A stretch of 64,000 nucleotides of DNA from an uncultured Pseudomonadota bacterium (GCA_964547905.1 CAZJPN010000036.1:4111-68110); one strand, 5' to 3'. Numbered from the stretch's first letter, positions 8,231-18,402 are shown. The notes: generated from the letters alone by a model not told the origin. Program-made: numbers and translations.

Positions 8231-8968
8231 ATGGAGGGAATCACTGTTTTTTATCCGATGTACAATGAAGAATTATACATAAATAGAGCTGTGGAAGCTG
8301 CAAAAGAGACATGCGATCTCATGCTTGAAATAAGAGAAATATCGGATTACGAGATTCTCCTTATCGATGATGCTTCAACAGATGCGACGGGACGGATAGC
8401 GGATGTACTTGCCGGAAAAAACAAAAGAATAAGGGTAATTCACCATCAAACCAACAGAGGGCTCGGGGGTGCTTTAAAAACAGGTTTTTATAATGCAAAA
8501 ATGGATGTGATTTTATACTCTGATATAGATCTTCCATTTGACATGATGGAGATGAAAAAGGCTTACAGGCTCATGAGGTATTATGATGCTGATATAGTAG
8601 CTGCTTTTAGGTTTGACAGGACGGGGGAAGGGCTGAGAAGGCTAATCTACTCTTATGTTTACAATATGCTTATAAAAATATTGTTTCATATGAGGATAAA
8701 GGATGTTAATTTTTCATTTAAACTCGTAAAAAAGGAGATTTTGGAATATTTAAATCTGAAATCAGAGGGTAGCTTTATAGATGCGGAACTTCTGATTAAA
8801 GCACGGAGATACGGATTTAAAATTATACAATTCGGGACGAATTATTTTCCCCGAACCCGAGGTATTTCAACCTTGTCAAGCTCAAATGTAATTATTAAAA
8901 TCCTGAAAGAAATATTCTCCATGTACAAAGAGATCAAATCAATTCAGCCGGTTGTTAAAAGACGATGA
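8231..8968 (+). CDS. Family 2 glycosyltransferase (polyprenyl-phosphate sugar synthase, ArnC/DPM1-like)
   Basis: ITVFYPMYNEE...LLIDDASTDAT...DSDIDLP motifs. The start is chosen at 8231 because a GAGGAG SD lies 9 nt upstream. The ORF is open from 8153. Confidence 0.8.
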   Translation: MEGITVFYPMYNEELYINRAVEAAKETCDLMLEIREISDYEILLIDDASTDATGRIADVLAGKNKRIRVIHHQTNRGLGGALKTGFYNAKMDVILYSDIDLPFDMMEMKKAYRLMRYYDADIVAAFRFDRTGEGLRRLIYSYVYNMLIKILFHMRIKDVNFSFKLVKKEILEYLNLKSEGSFIDAELLIKARRYGFKIIQFGTNYFPRTRGISTLSSSNVIIKILKEIFSMYKEIKSIQPVVKRR

Positions 8969-9771
8969 CAAAATTCCTTATTGTGAATGCCGATGATTTT
9001 GGATTATGCAGGGAGATTTCAAAAGGTATTATTAAGGCGTACTCAGATGGTATTGTTACGGCAACATCTGTTGTGGTCAATGGCAGATATTTTAAAGAAG
9101 GTATATCCCTTCTGGAGGACTCAGGTATTGATGCAGGCATCCACCTTACATTCACTGGCGGTGAAAAGCCCATTTCTGGCAATATCCCCGGACTGATTGA
9201 TAGCAATGGATTCTTTTTGAAAAGCTACAGAGAGGTAATCCCGAGGATTATATTGGGACGTTTTGATCGGAATGCACTTAAGAAGGAATTGTCACAACAG
9301 GTAAGCCTCTTGTTGGATAACAATATATCTGTAAGTCACATCGACAGTCATCAGCACCTTCACCTTTTACCCGGGGTAAGAGATATCGTCATAAGGCTTG
9401 CACAGCAATTTAAGATACGGTGGATAAGGGTGACGTGTTCAAAAGGAATAGGTATGAAGGGTCTTGGAATAGATATGTTAGGCCGGGCACTGAAATCAAA
9501 ATTAAAGTTACAGGGTATAGGATTTACAGACAGGTTCATAGGCCTTGAAAAGGGCGGTTATATGGATGAAACCAATCTATCAAGCCTGCTCAAAAAGATA
9601 GCCAACAATGGCGTTACTGAGCTCATGGTTCATCCTGGTTATGATGCGTCAGCAGATTATGACTGGGGGTATACATGGGAGGAGGAACTAAAAGCCCTTA
9701 CCTCTGATACTACAAAGGGATTGATAAAAAGCATCGGCATAACGTTGACGAGCTTTAAGGGGATTATGTGA
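8965..9771 (+). CDS. YdjC/ChbG-family carbohydrate deacetylase
   Basis: FLIVNADDFGLCREISKGIIKAYSDGIVTATSVVVNG and IDSHQHLHLLP are typical of the YdjC family. There is an ATGA overlap with the upstream gene. Confidence 0.85.
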   Translation: MTKFLIVNADDFGLCREISKGIIKAYSDGIVTATSVVVNGRYFKEGISLLEDSGIDAGIHLTFTGGEKPISGNIPGLIDSNGFFLKSYREVIPRIILGRFDRNALKKELSQQVSLLLDNNISVSHIDSHQHLHLLPGVRDIVIRLAQQFKIRWIRVTCSKGIGMKGLGIDMLGRALKSKLKLQGIGFTDRFIGLEKGGYMDETNLSSLLKKIANNGVTELMVHPGYDASADYDWGYTWEEELKALTSDTTKGLIKSIGITLTSFKGIM

Positions 9772-11279
9772 AGGATAAGAAGTATGCATATTTAGCCTTG
9801 GCTGTAATTGTGGGGTTTCTTCTATTCAGGATCTTTTACATAGCGACGACCCACTATACGCTCTCGCAGGATGAGGCGTATTTCTGGGACTGGTCAAGGC
9901 ATCCTGCATTAAGCTACTATGACATGGGACCCATGATTGCATGGATTATAGCCTTTTTTACGCATATACTCCCCCTGTCCGCGTTCTCTGTCCGGCTCGG
10001 GGCACCGGTATTTTCAGCCATGACTGCTATTGTGATCTATATGCTCACCGTTGAAGTCACGGGATCGAGCATGCTTGGGTTCTGGGTGGTATTGTTGTTC
10101 CATATCCTTCCCATCGGCATGGCAGGTGGCATTATCATGACGTACTATTCCCCTCAGGTTTTCTTCATGTCATTAATGGCACTTTTCTTGTGGAAGCTTA
10201 TAACAGACGGCAGGCCCTGGTGGTGGTACTTGATCGGTATGAGTGCAGGGCTTGGATTGCTGTCGCACCACATGTTTATCTTTTTTACGGCAGAGGTCGG
10301 GCTGTTTGTACTTCTTTCACGCAACAACCGGAAATGGCTGAGCCGCAAAGAACCATACCTTGCTCTCCTGATAGAGCTGATCGTTGCAAGTCCCATCATG
10401 ATCTGGAATGCAATGCATGACTTTGTTATGTTCAGGCATGCTATTGGTATGATGTCAGAGGCACATAATATTACATTTACACTGTTTGAATATATCGGGG
10501 GACAGGCAGGCATAGGAGCAGGGTTTTTCTTCCTTGCTGTTGTGTATGGCCTTATCGTTAGCGGGTACCGTGGCATAAAATTTAAAGATGATAAGTACCT
10601 GTTTCTGTTCTGCTTATCTGCACCGGTTATACTTTTCATAGCCATTCTCAGTATCGGCGGCAGGACAGAACCGAACTGGCCTGTATCAGGATACATAACA
10701 GGGTCTATCGCAGCCGTAGATATACTCTATGAAAGGTATAAAAAGGGTAATCATCTTATCCGTTTGCTTATAAATGCAGGCCTTGGATTGACTATATTTC
10801 TCTGTGTACTCGCCTCTATATTTGCATATTATCCTTCTGTTATGCATGCCGTGGGTATATATATACCACCGGATAGGGATCCTACGAACAGGCTGTATGG
10901 ATGGAAGGAACTCGGGAGGAATGTATCGGATAAATTGCAGGATATGCCGGCCGGCAGCTTCGTTGCAACCGGGGAGTACGGGCTCAATGCAGAGCTTGCC
11001 TTTTATATAAAAGGGAATCCACAGGTTTACGAGATTCCCGTTAACCGTCGGTTTAGTCAGTATGATTTTTGGAACAACTTCAGGGCGGTTAAAGGTAAAG
11101 ATGCTGTTTATGTTGGATATGGACCCATAGGAAAACAGACCTATAGACTATTTAACAAGGTAAATTTTGCAAAAGAACTTGTAATCCGAACCCGGCACGA
11201 TAATGCCATACGCTTCACCTTTTATATCTACAAGTGCTATGGATATAAGGGAACAGCAAAAGAGCTGGCAACATTTTAA
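9768..11279 (+). CDS. ArnT-like GT-C membrane glycosyltransferase (GT39/GT83, PMT_2)
   Basis: Polytopic membrane protein. The motif SQDEAYFWDWSRHPALSYYDMGPM is typical of the family. GTG start in a GTGA overlap with the upstream stop. Confidence 0.8.
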   Translation: MKDKKYAYLALAVIVGFLLFRIFYIATTHYTLSQDEAYFWDWSRHPALSYYDMGPMIAWIIAFFTHILPLSAFSVRLGAPVFSAMTAIVIYMLTVEVTGSSMLGFWVVLLFHILPIGMAGGIIMTYYSPQVFFMSLMALFLWKLITDGRPWWWYLIGMSAGLGLLSHHMFIFFTAEVGLFVLLSRNNRKWLSRKEPYLALLIELIVASPIMIWNAMHDFVMFRHAIGMMSEAHNITFTLFEYIGGQAGIGAGFFFLAVVYGLIVSGYRGIKFKDDKYLFLFCLSAPVILFIAILSIGGRTEPNWPVSGYITGSIAAVDILYERYKKGNHLIRLLINAGLGLTIFLCVLASIFAYYPSVMHAVGIYIPPDRDPTNRLYGWKELGRNVSDKLQDMPAGSFVATGEYGLNAELAFYIKGNPQVYEIPVNRRFSQYDFWNNFRAVKGKDAVYVGYGPIGKQTYRLFNKVNFAKELVIRTRHDNAIRFTFYIYKCYGYKGTAKELATF

Positions 11280-11310
11280 TCCCAAAAGAATTTCTTGTTG
11301 TATTTTTTGT

Positions 11311-14300
11311 TTATCTAACCTCTTCAACCCTTTTATGGTCAATGTACAAGAGATATCCCTTTATCTTTTTTGTTGGATATATATCCGAGATTATATCCAT
11401 ATACTCTTTTACCTGTTTTTTATGTTTATCGATGTCCTTTAACCCGCCGGTTTTATAATCGACAATGATTGCCTCGGTTTGATTTACAATAAGCCTATCT
11501 ATTCTCTTTAAATCCCCGTGCCTGTCTACGACCTCTTTTTCCGTGAAAATGCCCGAGGATGATCCAGAGGTAAACCAGGGCTTAGTCTCTTCAAGCGCGA
11601 GCGACAGCAATATAGTATCAACAAGTGCTGGCTGATTTTGTATTGTTTGTTCTTGAATTGTACCAAGAAACTCTATCAATCTTTCTCTTGTATCGGTATC
11701 TCCGCTCGTTATCCTTGAAAGAATATCATGAATTATATCTCCCCGCTTTTCTTCATTATAATTTTCCAGTGCCGCAATGTCGGGTTGTTTTACATAGATA
11801 TGGTTTTGCCAATGGGTGGATGCCTGTGACTTTTTTCGAAAGACATCATCTCCCTCTTTTTCTTGTTTTTTTAAAACAGTGTGTGCTCCTTGTTCATATC
11901 TGCTGTTTGCATCGAGCTTATGCTCAAACAAGTTATAAAGAGGATCTTTTTTATCCTGTATGAAGATGTAGAGTTCTTTTTGTGCTCTGGTTACTGCCAC
12001 GTAAAATGCATTGAGTTCATCCATGAATGATAAGGACTGCTCTTTTATATAGGCATTGATAGATGCATCATCAGTCTTGATGCTCTGGATTATGCTTCGA
12101 TGTAATTTATTTGTGTAGGATAAATTAAGTTTATTGGGTCCTTCTATGATGAGCATGTTTTGTTTGTCACTGCCGTTCTTTCGAAGATTTAATGATGCAT
12201 AAGGGATGATCACGACTGGAAACTGAAGCCCTTTTGACTTATGTATGGTCAAAAGCTTAACGGCATCCATCGATGTCATGTTTACAAAAAAGCCAGCATC
12301 GTCTTTTTCTTGAGTCTTCCAGTGATCAAGAAGGCTATCAAGATTATTCTCACCCTCATCCTCTCGCTCTTTGAGCATACCAAGCAGGTGCATAAAAAAT
12401 CCTATTGACGACCCAAAATTCTCATGGATTTTGAATCGTCCGATGAACTCATGAACAATATCGTATGCCGGCAGATACCCGACTGCATTTAAAAGCGGCT
12501 TTATGAATTCGTCCCATAATTTAGGTTGCCATTCTTTAAAGGCTATGTAGAGATAAGCCTCTCCTCGTTGATGAAGCAGCCAATCATATATCAGATTCGT
12601 TTTCACAGTAGATACCTTATTGAATATTTCCCCGGAAATAAAACCGATAAACGAAAGGCCGTCGAGCGGGTTATTCAAGAAGCTTAAAAATGATATTACT
12701 TCCCGGATCAGAGTATGTTTCCTTATATCGAAGCCCTGTGTGGATTGGACAGGTATACCATTCTGTTTCAGTTCGCCTGAGAGCGACTCTATTTGCGCGT
12801 TTTCTCTAACAAGGATGGCAATGTCTGAGTAAGAAATACCCTTATCATGTAGACTTACGATAACACCATTGATTCTTTTTACGAGTGCATATTCATATGC
12901 AGACTGTTCGACATCATTGATATCCGACCTACCTTCATCAGGTGATGTTGCAGTCTCTGTGTTTGATGGATTGTCCTTGGAATTACTATGTTCAATGAAT
13001 AAATATCCTGCATCGTTTGGGGATGTATCGTTATGTGGTAAGGACTGTGCTGAATCCCTGTATATTGTATCTATAAGTTCTTTAATCTGTGTGTTGATTG
13101 TGGATGTAATGGGATCTTTTTCATTGTCGACGAACATGCTCTTCAGGTAATCGGGATCGAATGTTTTATTGAAGAAATCCACCAGCAATGACGTTGATCG
13201 ATAATTTGAGCTTAGTTTTTTTATGTAGAGTTCTTTTATAATAGGAGTTATCTCTTTATCTTCTATGACCTCGTCAAAAAGGCTCGAATCACTACCCTTG
13301 AATCTGTAGATAGATTGTTTCTTATCACCGACATAAAAAAGAGAGCCACCGTTTGAAAGGGCTTCGATTACAAGCGCCTTTATATTATTCCATTGTGCCC
13401 TATCCGTATCCTGGAATTCATCGATAAAGTAATGAAGTATACTTTCGCCGAGATTGAAATATACCTCGGGTACATTGTATTCATCTATCAGTTTCCTTAC
13501 ATATTTATTTATATCATCTATTAAGATTTTGCCCCTTGTCATGGTAATTTCTGCGATTGTTTTCTCAATATTCGCCAGAATGTCATGGTAGGCACCGTAG
13601 CGGCTACTGTCCGTTGTAATTAAGAGATCAAACAATAGTTTCCGTACGCATTCCCATGTATGCTGCAGTGTGCTTTGGAAATGAATGCTCTGTTTTTTGA
13701 GAATATATGCGACATCGTCTTTTTGCCACAATTGATTTGAAAAATCATTATTGTTGATCTTACCAATCAATTCATCTTTTGGTGGAAGAAATTTCGTCTG
13801 AATATTGGCGGAAGCTATACCTTCATACAGTTTATCGACGGCTATTTTCAGTGTATTTCTTTTTTGAGTTATCACGTCCGATGTTACCTTATTACTCTCA
13901 ATCCTTTTTCCCTTCTTGTTTTCTAAATATCTGAATCTGTTCACAAGCTCTATAATATTTTCTCGGGGATTAAAACCTGTTTTGCCTTCCACGTTGAGGT
14001 AGATGTCGAGAAACCTTAGAAAAAGCTCTTTTGTATCTTGGTGTATGTGAATGGTGGAGAGCAAGTCGTCAAGGGCATATTCTATATAGGGTATAACATC
14101 CATAGCTATATCGAAGTTAGGCTGTAAATTTGTCTCACGCAAAGATGCCGTGATTATACTTCTCAGAAAGCTGTCGATGGTACGAACCTGAAAATCCGTG
14201 TAATGTTTTATAATCTCCTCGACGAGTTTATCCGAAGATTTCTGAAGGTCTTCATCATCGATGTCTATAGGGTTAAGCTGCCTTAGTGCTTGTTCTCTTT

Positions 14301-14583
14301 TTACCGCTTGTTTGCCATCTTTTATATCTGAAATGGCAATAAGTTTGAGCTGCCTGAGTATTCGCTCCTTCATCTCATTCGCAGCCTTATTTGTGAAGGT
14401 GATCGCAAGCATGTTGTTCAGTGTATTTTGCGAGAGATGGTTCTTTATCCGGTTAGAGAGCAGGAACTGGACGAATCTGAGCGAAAGGCTGTGGGTCTTG
14501 CCTGACCCTGCAGAGGCATTAAGAACAAAAATATGGGGAAACTTCAAATCGTAGTCAACTTCTACAACAGGTTTATCTTCCAT
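11311..14583 (-). CDS. UvrD/Rep-type helicase fused to a RecB-family PD-(D/E)xK nuclease (AddA/RecB-like)
   Basis: Walker A NASAGSGKTHSL, motif II FIDEFQDTD, and C-terminal nuclease motif IDRLIV...IIVDYKTG. Confidence 0.85.
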   Translation of the reverse strand: MEDKPVVEVDYDLKFPHIFVLNASAGSGKTHSLSLRFVQFLLSNRIKNHLSQNTLNNMLAITFTNKAANEMKERILRQLKLIAISDIKDGKQAVKREQALRQLNPIDIDDEDLQKSSDKLVEEIIKHYTDFQVRTIDSFLRSIITASLRETNLQPNFDIAMDVIPYIEYALDDLLSTIHIHQDTKELFLRFLDIYLNVEGKTGFNPRENIIELVNRFRYLENKKGKRIESNKVTSDVITQKRNTLKIAVDKLYEGIASANIQTKFLPPKDELIGKINNNDFSNQLWQKDDVAYILKKQSIHFQSTLQHTWECVRKLLFDLLITTDSSRYGAYHDILANIEKTIAEITMTRGKILIDDINKYVRKLIDEYNVPEVYFNLGESILHYFIDEFQDTDRAQWNNIKALVIEALSNGGSLFYVGDKKQSIYRFKGSDSSLFDEVIEDKEITPIIKELYIKKLSSNYRSTSLLVDFFNKTFDPDYLKSMFVDNEKDPITSTINTQIKELIDTIYRDSAQSLPHNDTSPNDAGYLFIEHSNSKDNPSNTETATSPDEGRSDINDVEQSAYEYALVKRINGVIVSLHDKGISYSDIAILVRENAQIESLSGELKQNGIPVQSTQGFDIRKHTLIREVISFLSFLNNPLDGLSFIGFISGEIFNKVSTVKTNLIYDWLLHQRGEAYLYIAFKEWQPKLWDEFIKPLLNAVGYLPAYDIVHEFIGRFKIHENFGSSIGFFMHLLGMLKEREDEGENNLDSLLDHWKTQEKDDAGFFVNMTSMDAVKLLTIHKSKGLQFPVVIIPYASLNLRKNGSDKQNMLIIEGPNKLNLSYTNKLHRSIIQSIKTDDASINAYIKEQSLSFMDELNAFYVAVTRAQKELYIFIQDKKDPLYNLFEHKLDANSRYEQGAHTVLKKQEKEGDDVFRKKSQASTHWQNHIYVKQPDIAALENYNEEKRGDIIHDILSRITSGDTDTRERLIEFLGTIQEQTIQNQPALVDTILLSLALEETKPWFTSGSSSGIFTEKEVVDRHGDLKRIDRLIVNQTEAIIVDYKTGGLKDIDKHKKQVKEYMDIISDIYPTKKIKGYLLYIDHKRVEEVR

Positions 14584-14597
14584 ATTGTATTTGGGTA

Positions 14598-15479
14598 TTA
14601 ATAAAACCCCTTTGGTATTATTTTGAGTTCATCAAAAAGATACGAATCACTACACGTATTGCCGCTGAGAAGCATATCAATCTGCTCCGGGGTTACAGGG
14701 AATGATTCAATGTTTTTAAGCAATCCGGCAAGTAATTCTACAAGAAAGGCCGGAATATGGATTTTCATCTTTTTTTTCAGATTATACATAGTGGTTATAA
14801 CATCTATTATATCATTATAGGAAAGACTCTTCGGCCCGCATAAGGTGTATGATTTGTTGAAAGTAGAGGGTTTATCTATGATCATGGAAATTGCATTTGC
14901 AAGGTCATCGATATGAACAGGTTGTATTTTATACGTACCATTCCCTATAACAGGTATAACGAAAGGCATTAAGTTTATTATGTCCTTTACGGTAGTTACA
15001 AAATTGATTGTACCTTTTGTTTCTCCGCCGAATACCACGGAGGGCCTTACAATAGTATAATCGATATCCTGTGCTTTTATAAACTCTTCTGCCCGATACT
15101 TTGTTCTTCTATAGCCATCCGATGTATCAGACTTTACTCCATTTGCACTTATCTGTATCCATCTTTTTACACCGGAAAGTTTTGCTCTTTCGTAGAGGTG
15201 TTTTACCCCTTGAACGTGTGCAAGCTCAAAGGTAATGCCTTTTGATGGGAATTCCCTTATAAGCCCGATGAGATAGATAACAGCATCGTATCCGTCCAAT
15301 GCGCTGTTTAATGATGCAGGGTCAGATATATCTCCATACCAGAATTCAATGGGTTTATTGTTTAGTTTTGTTTCAGAACCCCTACGAACAAGTGCCCGTA
15401 CCTTGTGGCCGTCTTTTGCAAGCTTATCTATAACATGGTTTCCTATGTATCCCGTTCCACCTGCTATAAATAGCTTCAT
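14598..15479 (-). CDS. NAD(P)-binding SDR-family protein (NmrA / complex I NDUFA9-like epimerase/reductase)
   Basis: MKLFIAGGTGYIGNHV Rossmann motif. The start is set at the Met that forms an ATGA overlap with the gmhA stop. The ORF is open to 15518. Confidence 0.75.
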   Translation of the reverse strand: MKLFIAGGTGYIGNHVIDKLAKDGHKVRALVRRGSETKLNNKPIEFWYGDISDPASLNSALDGYDAVIYLIGLIREFPSKGITFELAHVQGVKHLYERAKLSGVKRWIQISANGVKSDTSDGYRRTKYRAEEFIKAQDIDYTIVRPSVVFGGETKGTINFVTTVKDIINLMPFVIPVIGNGTYKIQPVHIDDLANAISMIIDKPSTFNKSYTLCGPKSLSYNDIIDVITTMYNLKKKMKIHIPAFLVELLAGLLKNIESFPVTPEQIDMLLSGNTCSDSYLFDELKIIPKGFY

Positions 15480-16060
15480 GACCGCAGATTCTTGATCCTT
15501 TGATCGATAATAGAGCATATTATGTGCCCTATAGTTATATGTGCCTCCTGGATGCGGGGCGTGTCCGGGTGATCGATTATAAGGGCGAGATCCACCATTG
15601 ACCGTGCCGTGCCGCCGTCCTTACCAAGCAGCCCGATTGTAAAAAGCCCTTTATTCCTCGCTGCCTTGAAGGCATTTAAAACATTTGAAGAATTGCCCGA
15701 AGTTGTTATGCCCATGGCTATATCCCCGATTTTTCCGAGGGCTATTATCTGTTTTGAAAAGATATCGTCAAACGAATAATCATTGCCGATACTCGTTATA
15801 ACAGATGTATCGGTTGAAAGTGCTATAGCGGGAAGAGGTTGTCTTTCTATTTTGAACCGGTTAATGAATTCTGCTGCTATGTGCTGCGCATCTGCGGCAG
15901 AGCCTCCATTGCCGAACAAAAACAGCGTTGACCCTTTTGTAAGGGCGTTGTATATAATATCCGCTGTTTTCTGGATCAGTGCTGCATGTGTATCCATGAG
16001 CTTAAGTTTTAACTCAGCACTTGATTTTAGTTCCGATTTTACAATATCTGTTTCATCCAT
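15476..16060 (-). CDS. gmhA: Phosphoheptose isomerase (SIS domain)
   Basis: LFGNGGSAADAQHIAAEF and SGNSSNV motifs. 194 aa. Confidence 0.85.
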   Translation of the reverse strand: MDETDIVKSELKSSAELKLKLMDTHAALIQKTADIIYNALTKGSTLFLFGNGGSAADAQHIAAEFINRFKIERQPLPAIALSTDTSVITSIGNDYSFDDIFSKQIIALGKIGDIAMGITTSGNSSNVLNAFKAARNKGLFTIGLLGKDGGTARSMVDLALIIDHPDTPRIQEAHITIGHIICSIIDQRIKNLRS

Positions 16061-16062
16061 GA

Positions 16063-17529
16063 TTATTCCCCTTTATAATCATACCCTCTGTATATTGTGA
16101 AACTATGCCATGTTATCCCTGTAGCCTTGTCTGTCAATTTAAACACATCCAGTTTTTCAACATGGGAGAATAATGAACTCGTTACGGAGTTTAACGGCCC
16201 GTCTCCCCTGTCCACGATAATTATGTTTTTTCCTTGCAATACCTTCCTGTTCTGGAAGAACCAGTACGCATTTTTTGAACTGGCACCTGTCGTAAGATAG
16301 TATACCTGGGGCTGTCCTTTGAGGTAAAAGGCAAGCTCTGCTGTAACACCGTAATCGGTAGCACCAATAATATCGCCGGGCTTTGAAAACTTTTCTACCT
16401 GCTCCGCAAGCCTGTTCCAGCCTCCGAGTCTGACGGTAAATTGATTCTGAGGAGGAATATTGAATTTCTTGAATATCCATCCCGGATAATGTTCAAAATA
16501 TAAAACCGGTAATGTTGTTATAAACATGAGTATAAACGCGGACACAACAAATTTTTTGAGTCCTTTCATGTACGCCTCCTCAAGCAGATAGACACCGCCG
16601 ATGAACGGGGCGATAAAACCTGCGGCAGGCCAGTTGACCTCGGCTCTGCCTTTGAAGGCAAGAAATGTTATAAACGCAAATGTCGGCAGTGATGTTGATA
16701 GGATTATATTGAATCTTTCATCATGCTGAAACAATCCCCGCCTTATAGAGTATAACATAGTGTATAAAAGAAGGATAAAGACAAACGGTGTTTCAAGCCC
16801 CATATTCCCGAAAAAGAAATTGGCAAATACAAACCATGGATTATAGTGCTCCGGCATAAGAGATAATGCCCTCTTGAACATTCCGAGTCCGTGTGTGAGG
16901 TTCCATATAAACACAGGGCTTGCCGTTATAACCGTTATAATGGCACCGAGATACGGTTCTTTTTTAAACAACCAGTGTCTGTTTTCCTTCGATATAATGA
17001 CAAAGAATACGACCTCAAGACTAAAAAAGAAAAACATGTGATGGCTCAAGATCCCGAGCCCGAGAACAAATCCTATAAGATACCACAGCCATGGCTTTTG
17101 AGTCTGATTGAGCTCAAACAGAAGAAACAGCAAGATGGTCATAAAAAGGATCTGAGGCACATAGTATGTTTCAATAAATGCACCTGCTGAGACAAGAGGA
17201 TTGAGCACATAGAGCATGGTAGCAAACAATGCCGTGGTTGAAGAAAAGAAACGATTGCCTATTTCAAAGAAAACTATGGCTGCGATTGTAGAGAATATAT
17301 TGGCTCCCATCCTTAATGCAAAGGCTGTGGACCCGAAAATGTGTATCATAAGTATGTTAATCCAGGAGATCATGGGCCCCATGTCGAGATAGCTCAGGCT
17401 GGGATGCCTTGCCCAGTCCCAGTAATATGCCTCATCAGGCGATAGAAGCAAATGAGTCGTTTTTATGTAATAGGCATTAAATATAAATGCCAAAAGTATA
17501 ACTGTATATGCTATTGTACGTTTTTTCAT
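16063..17529 (-). CDS. Second ArnT-like GT-C membrane glycosyltransferase (paralogue of 9768-11279)
   Basis: SPDEAYYWDWARHPSLSYLDMGPM and YGVTAELAFYLKGQPQVY parallel the first copy. The start MKKRTIAY forms an ATGA overlap with the upstream stop. The ORF is open to 17604. Confidence 0.8.
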   Translation of the reverse strand: MKKRTIAYTVILLAFIFNAYYIKTTHLLLSPDEAYYWDWARHPSLSYLDMGPMISWINILMIHIFGSTAFALRMGANIFSTIAAIVFFEIGNRFFSSTTALFATMLYVLNPLVSAGAFIETYYVPQILFMTILLFLLFELNQTQKPWLWYLIGFVLGLGILSHHMFFFFSLEVVFFVIISKENRHWLFKKEPYLGAIITVITASPVFIWNLTHGLGMFKRALSLMPEHYNPWFVFANFFFGNMGLETPFVFILLLYTMLYSIRRGLFQHDERFNIILSTSLPTFAFITFLAFKGRAEVNWPAAGFIAPFIGGVYLLEEAYMKGLKKFVVSAFILMFITTLPVLYFEHYPGWIFKKFNIPPQNQFTVRLGGWNRLAEQVEKFSKPGDIIGATDYGVTAELAFYLKGQPQVYYLTTGASSKNAYWFFQNRKVLQGKNIIIVDRGDGPLNSVTSSLFSHVEKLDVFKLTDKATGITWHSFTIYRGYDYKGE

Positions 17530-18083
17530 AATGGACACACATAGAACAAATGAAAATGATATTTGAGATATAATATAATAATAATGGCTGCAAATCCAAG
17601 CCATGCATTGTATTCCTCATGCTTTACAACAAGCTTTAAGTCGAAATCTTTGGATATCCTTACCGGTTTTATCAGCGGAAAGAATACCGGAACCTGCGAT
17701 CTATAATCAAGGAACGAGCCGCCAAACAGCTCGATAAGCCTTTTCTCTTCCTCTTTGATAACACCGGAATATACAAAGTAAAACCCGATAAGGAAGATGA
17801 GGACAAATACAATGCAACTGCCCATTATAGAGGCACCCAGTCCGATAAAAAAACTACCGAGGTACAATGGATTACGGGTGTATGAGTAAGGGCCATCTAT
17901 GGATAGTTCCTTGTTCTTTTTTATGTACCCCGAAGCCCATAATCTTATGAGGAGCCCCATTATGCCGATAGGTATGCCGATTGTCATACCTATAACGCTC
18001 GGCTTTGCCATTACAACAAACAATATTGCGAGGACAAAACCCAGCTTTATTCTGTAGTACGATAGAAATTCATTAATCTTCAT
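17526..18083 (-). CDS. ICMT/PEMT-family membrane methyltransferase
   Basis: YSYTRNPLYLGSFFIGLG motif and multiple TM helices. Confidence 0.7.
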   Translation of the reverse strand: MKINEFLSYYRIKLGFVLAILFVVMAKPSVIGMTIGIPIGIMGLLIRLWASGYIKKNKELSIDGPYSYTRNPLYLGSFFIGLGASIMGSCIVFVLIFLIGFYFVYSGVIKEEEKRLIELFGGSFLDYRSQVPVFFPLIKPVRISKDFDLKLVVKHEEYNAWLGFAAIIIILYLKYHFHLFYVCPL

Positions 18084-18369
18084 AAGGGTTTATTATATCA
18101 TTTTGTTGTGGCTGTCTATATTTGTTGTAGTAATTGCGGCAAATTCTATAAATCTGTTGCGCAGTCTCATAAAAAGTTATATATAATTACAGGACTTATA
18201 TAAGAATGGCTCTGTTAAATCAAATACTGAAATATGTGGGACTATATGGTTTTACTATAAGTGATACCGTATCCTGTTTAGTTGTTTTCCTGCTTATCGT
18301 AGTATTGATTAGGCTTTACAATAGAAAGCGAGTTTAGTACCCGCAAATACCCATAAAATTACTCTATTC

Positions 18370-18385
18370 TGGCATGATGTTTGCT
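18370..18385 (+). promoter_or_regulatory. Sigma-54-type (-24/-12) promoter candidate
   Basis: TGGCAT-GATGT-TTGCT with exact GG-N10-GC spacing. The -12 element ends 18 nt before the ATG at 18403. Confidence 0.45.
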
Positions 18386-18402
18386 TCCTTAAATCTGTAG
18401 TT

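Noticed and set aside
10154-10696. 180-aa minus-strand ORF inside the ArnT-like gene
   Set aside because: It is an antisense shadow of a clearly homologous membrane-protein gene. The same reasoning applies to 22028-22501, 22875-23453, 26871-27287, 40672-41205, 41195-41587, 48153-48692, 54408-55034, 55277-55993 and 56000-56344.
18206-18337. 43-aa hydrophobic ORF (MALLNQILKYVGLYGFTISDTVSCLVVFLLIVVLIRLYNRKRV) that resembles a type I toxin
   Set aside because: It has no SD, no recognisable antisense RNA signal, and no way to test conservation here. It is only worth a look if RNA-seq or ribosome-profiling data exist.
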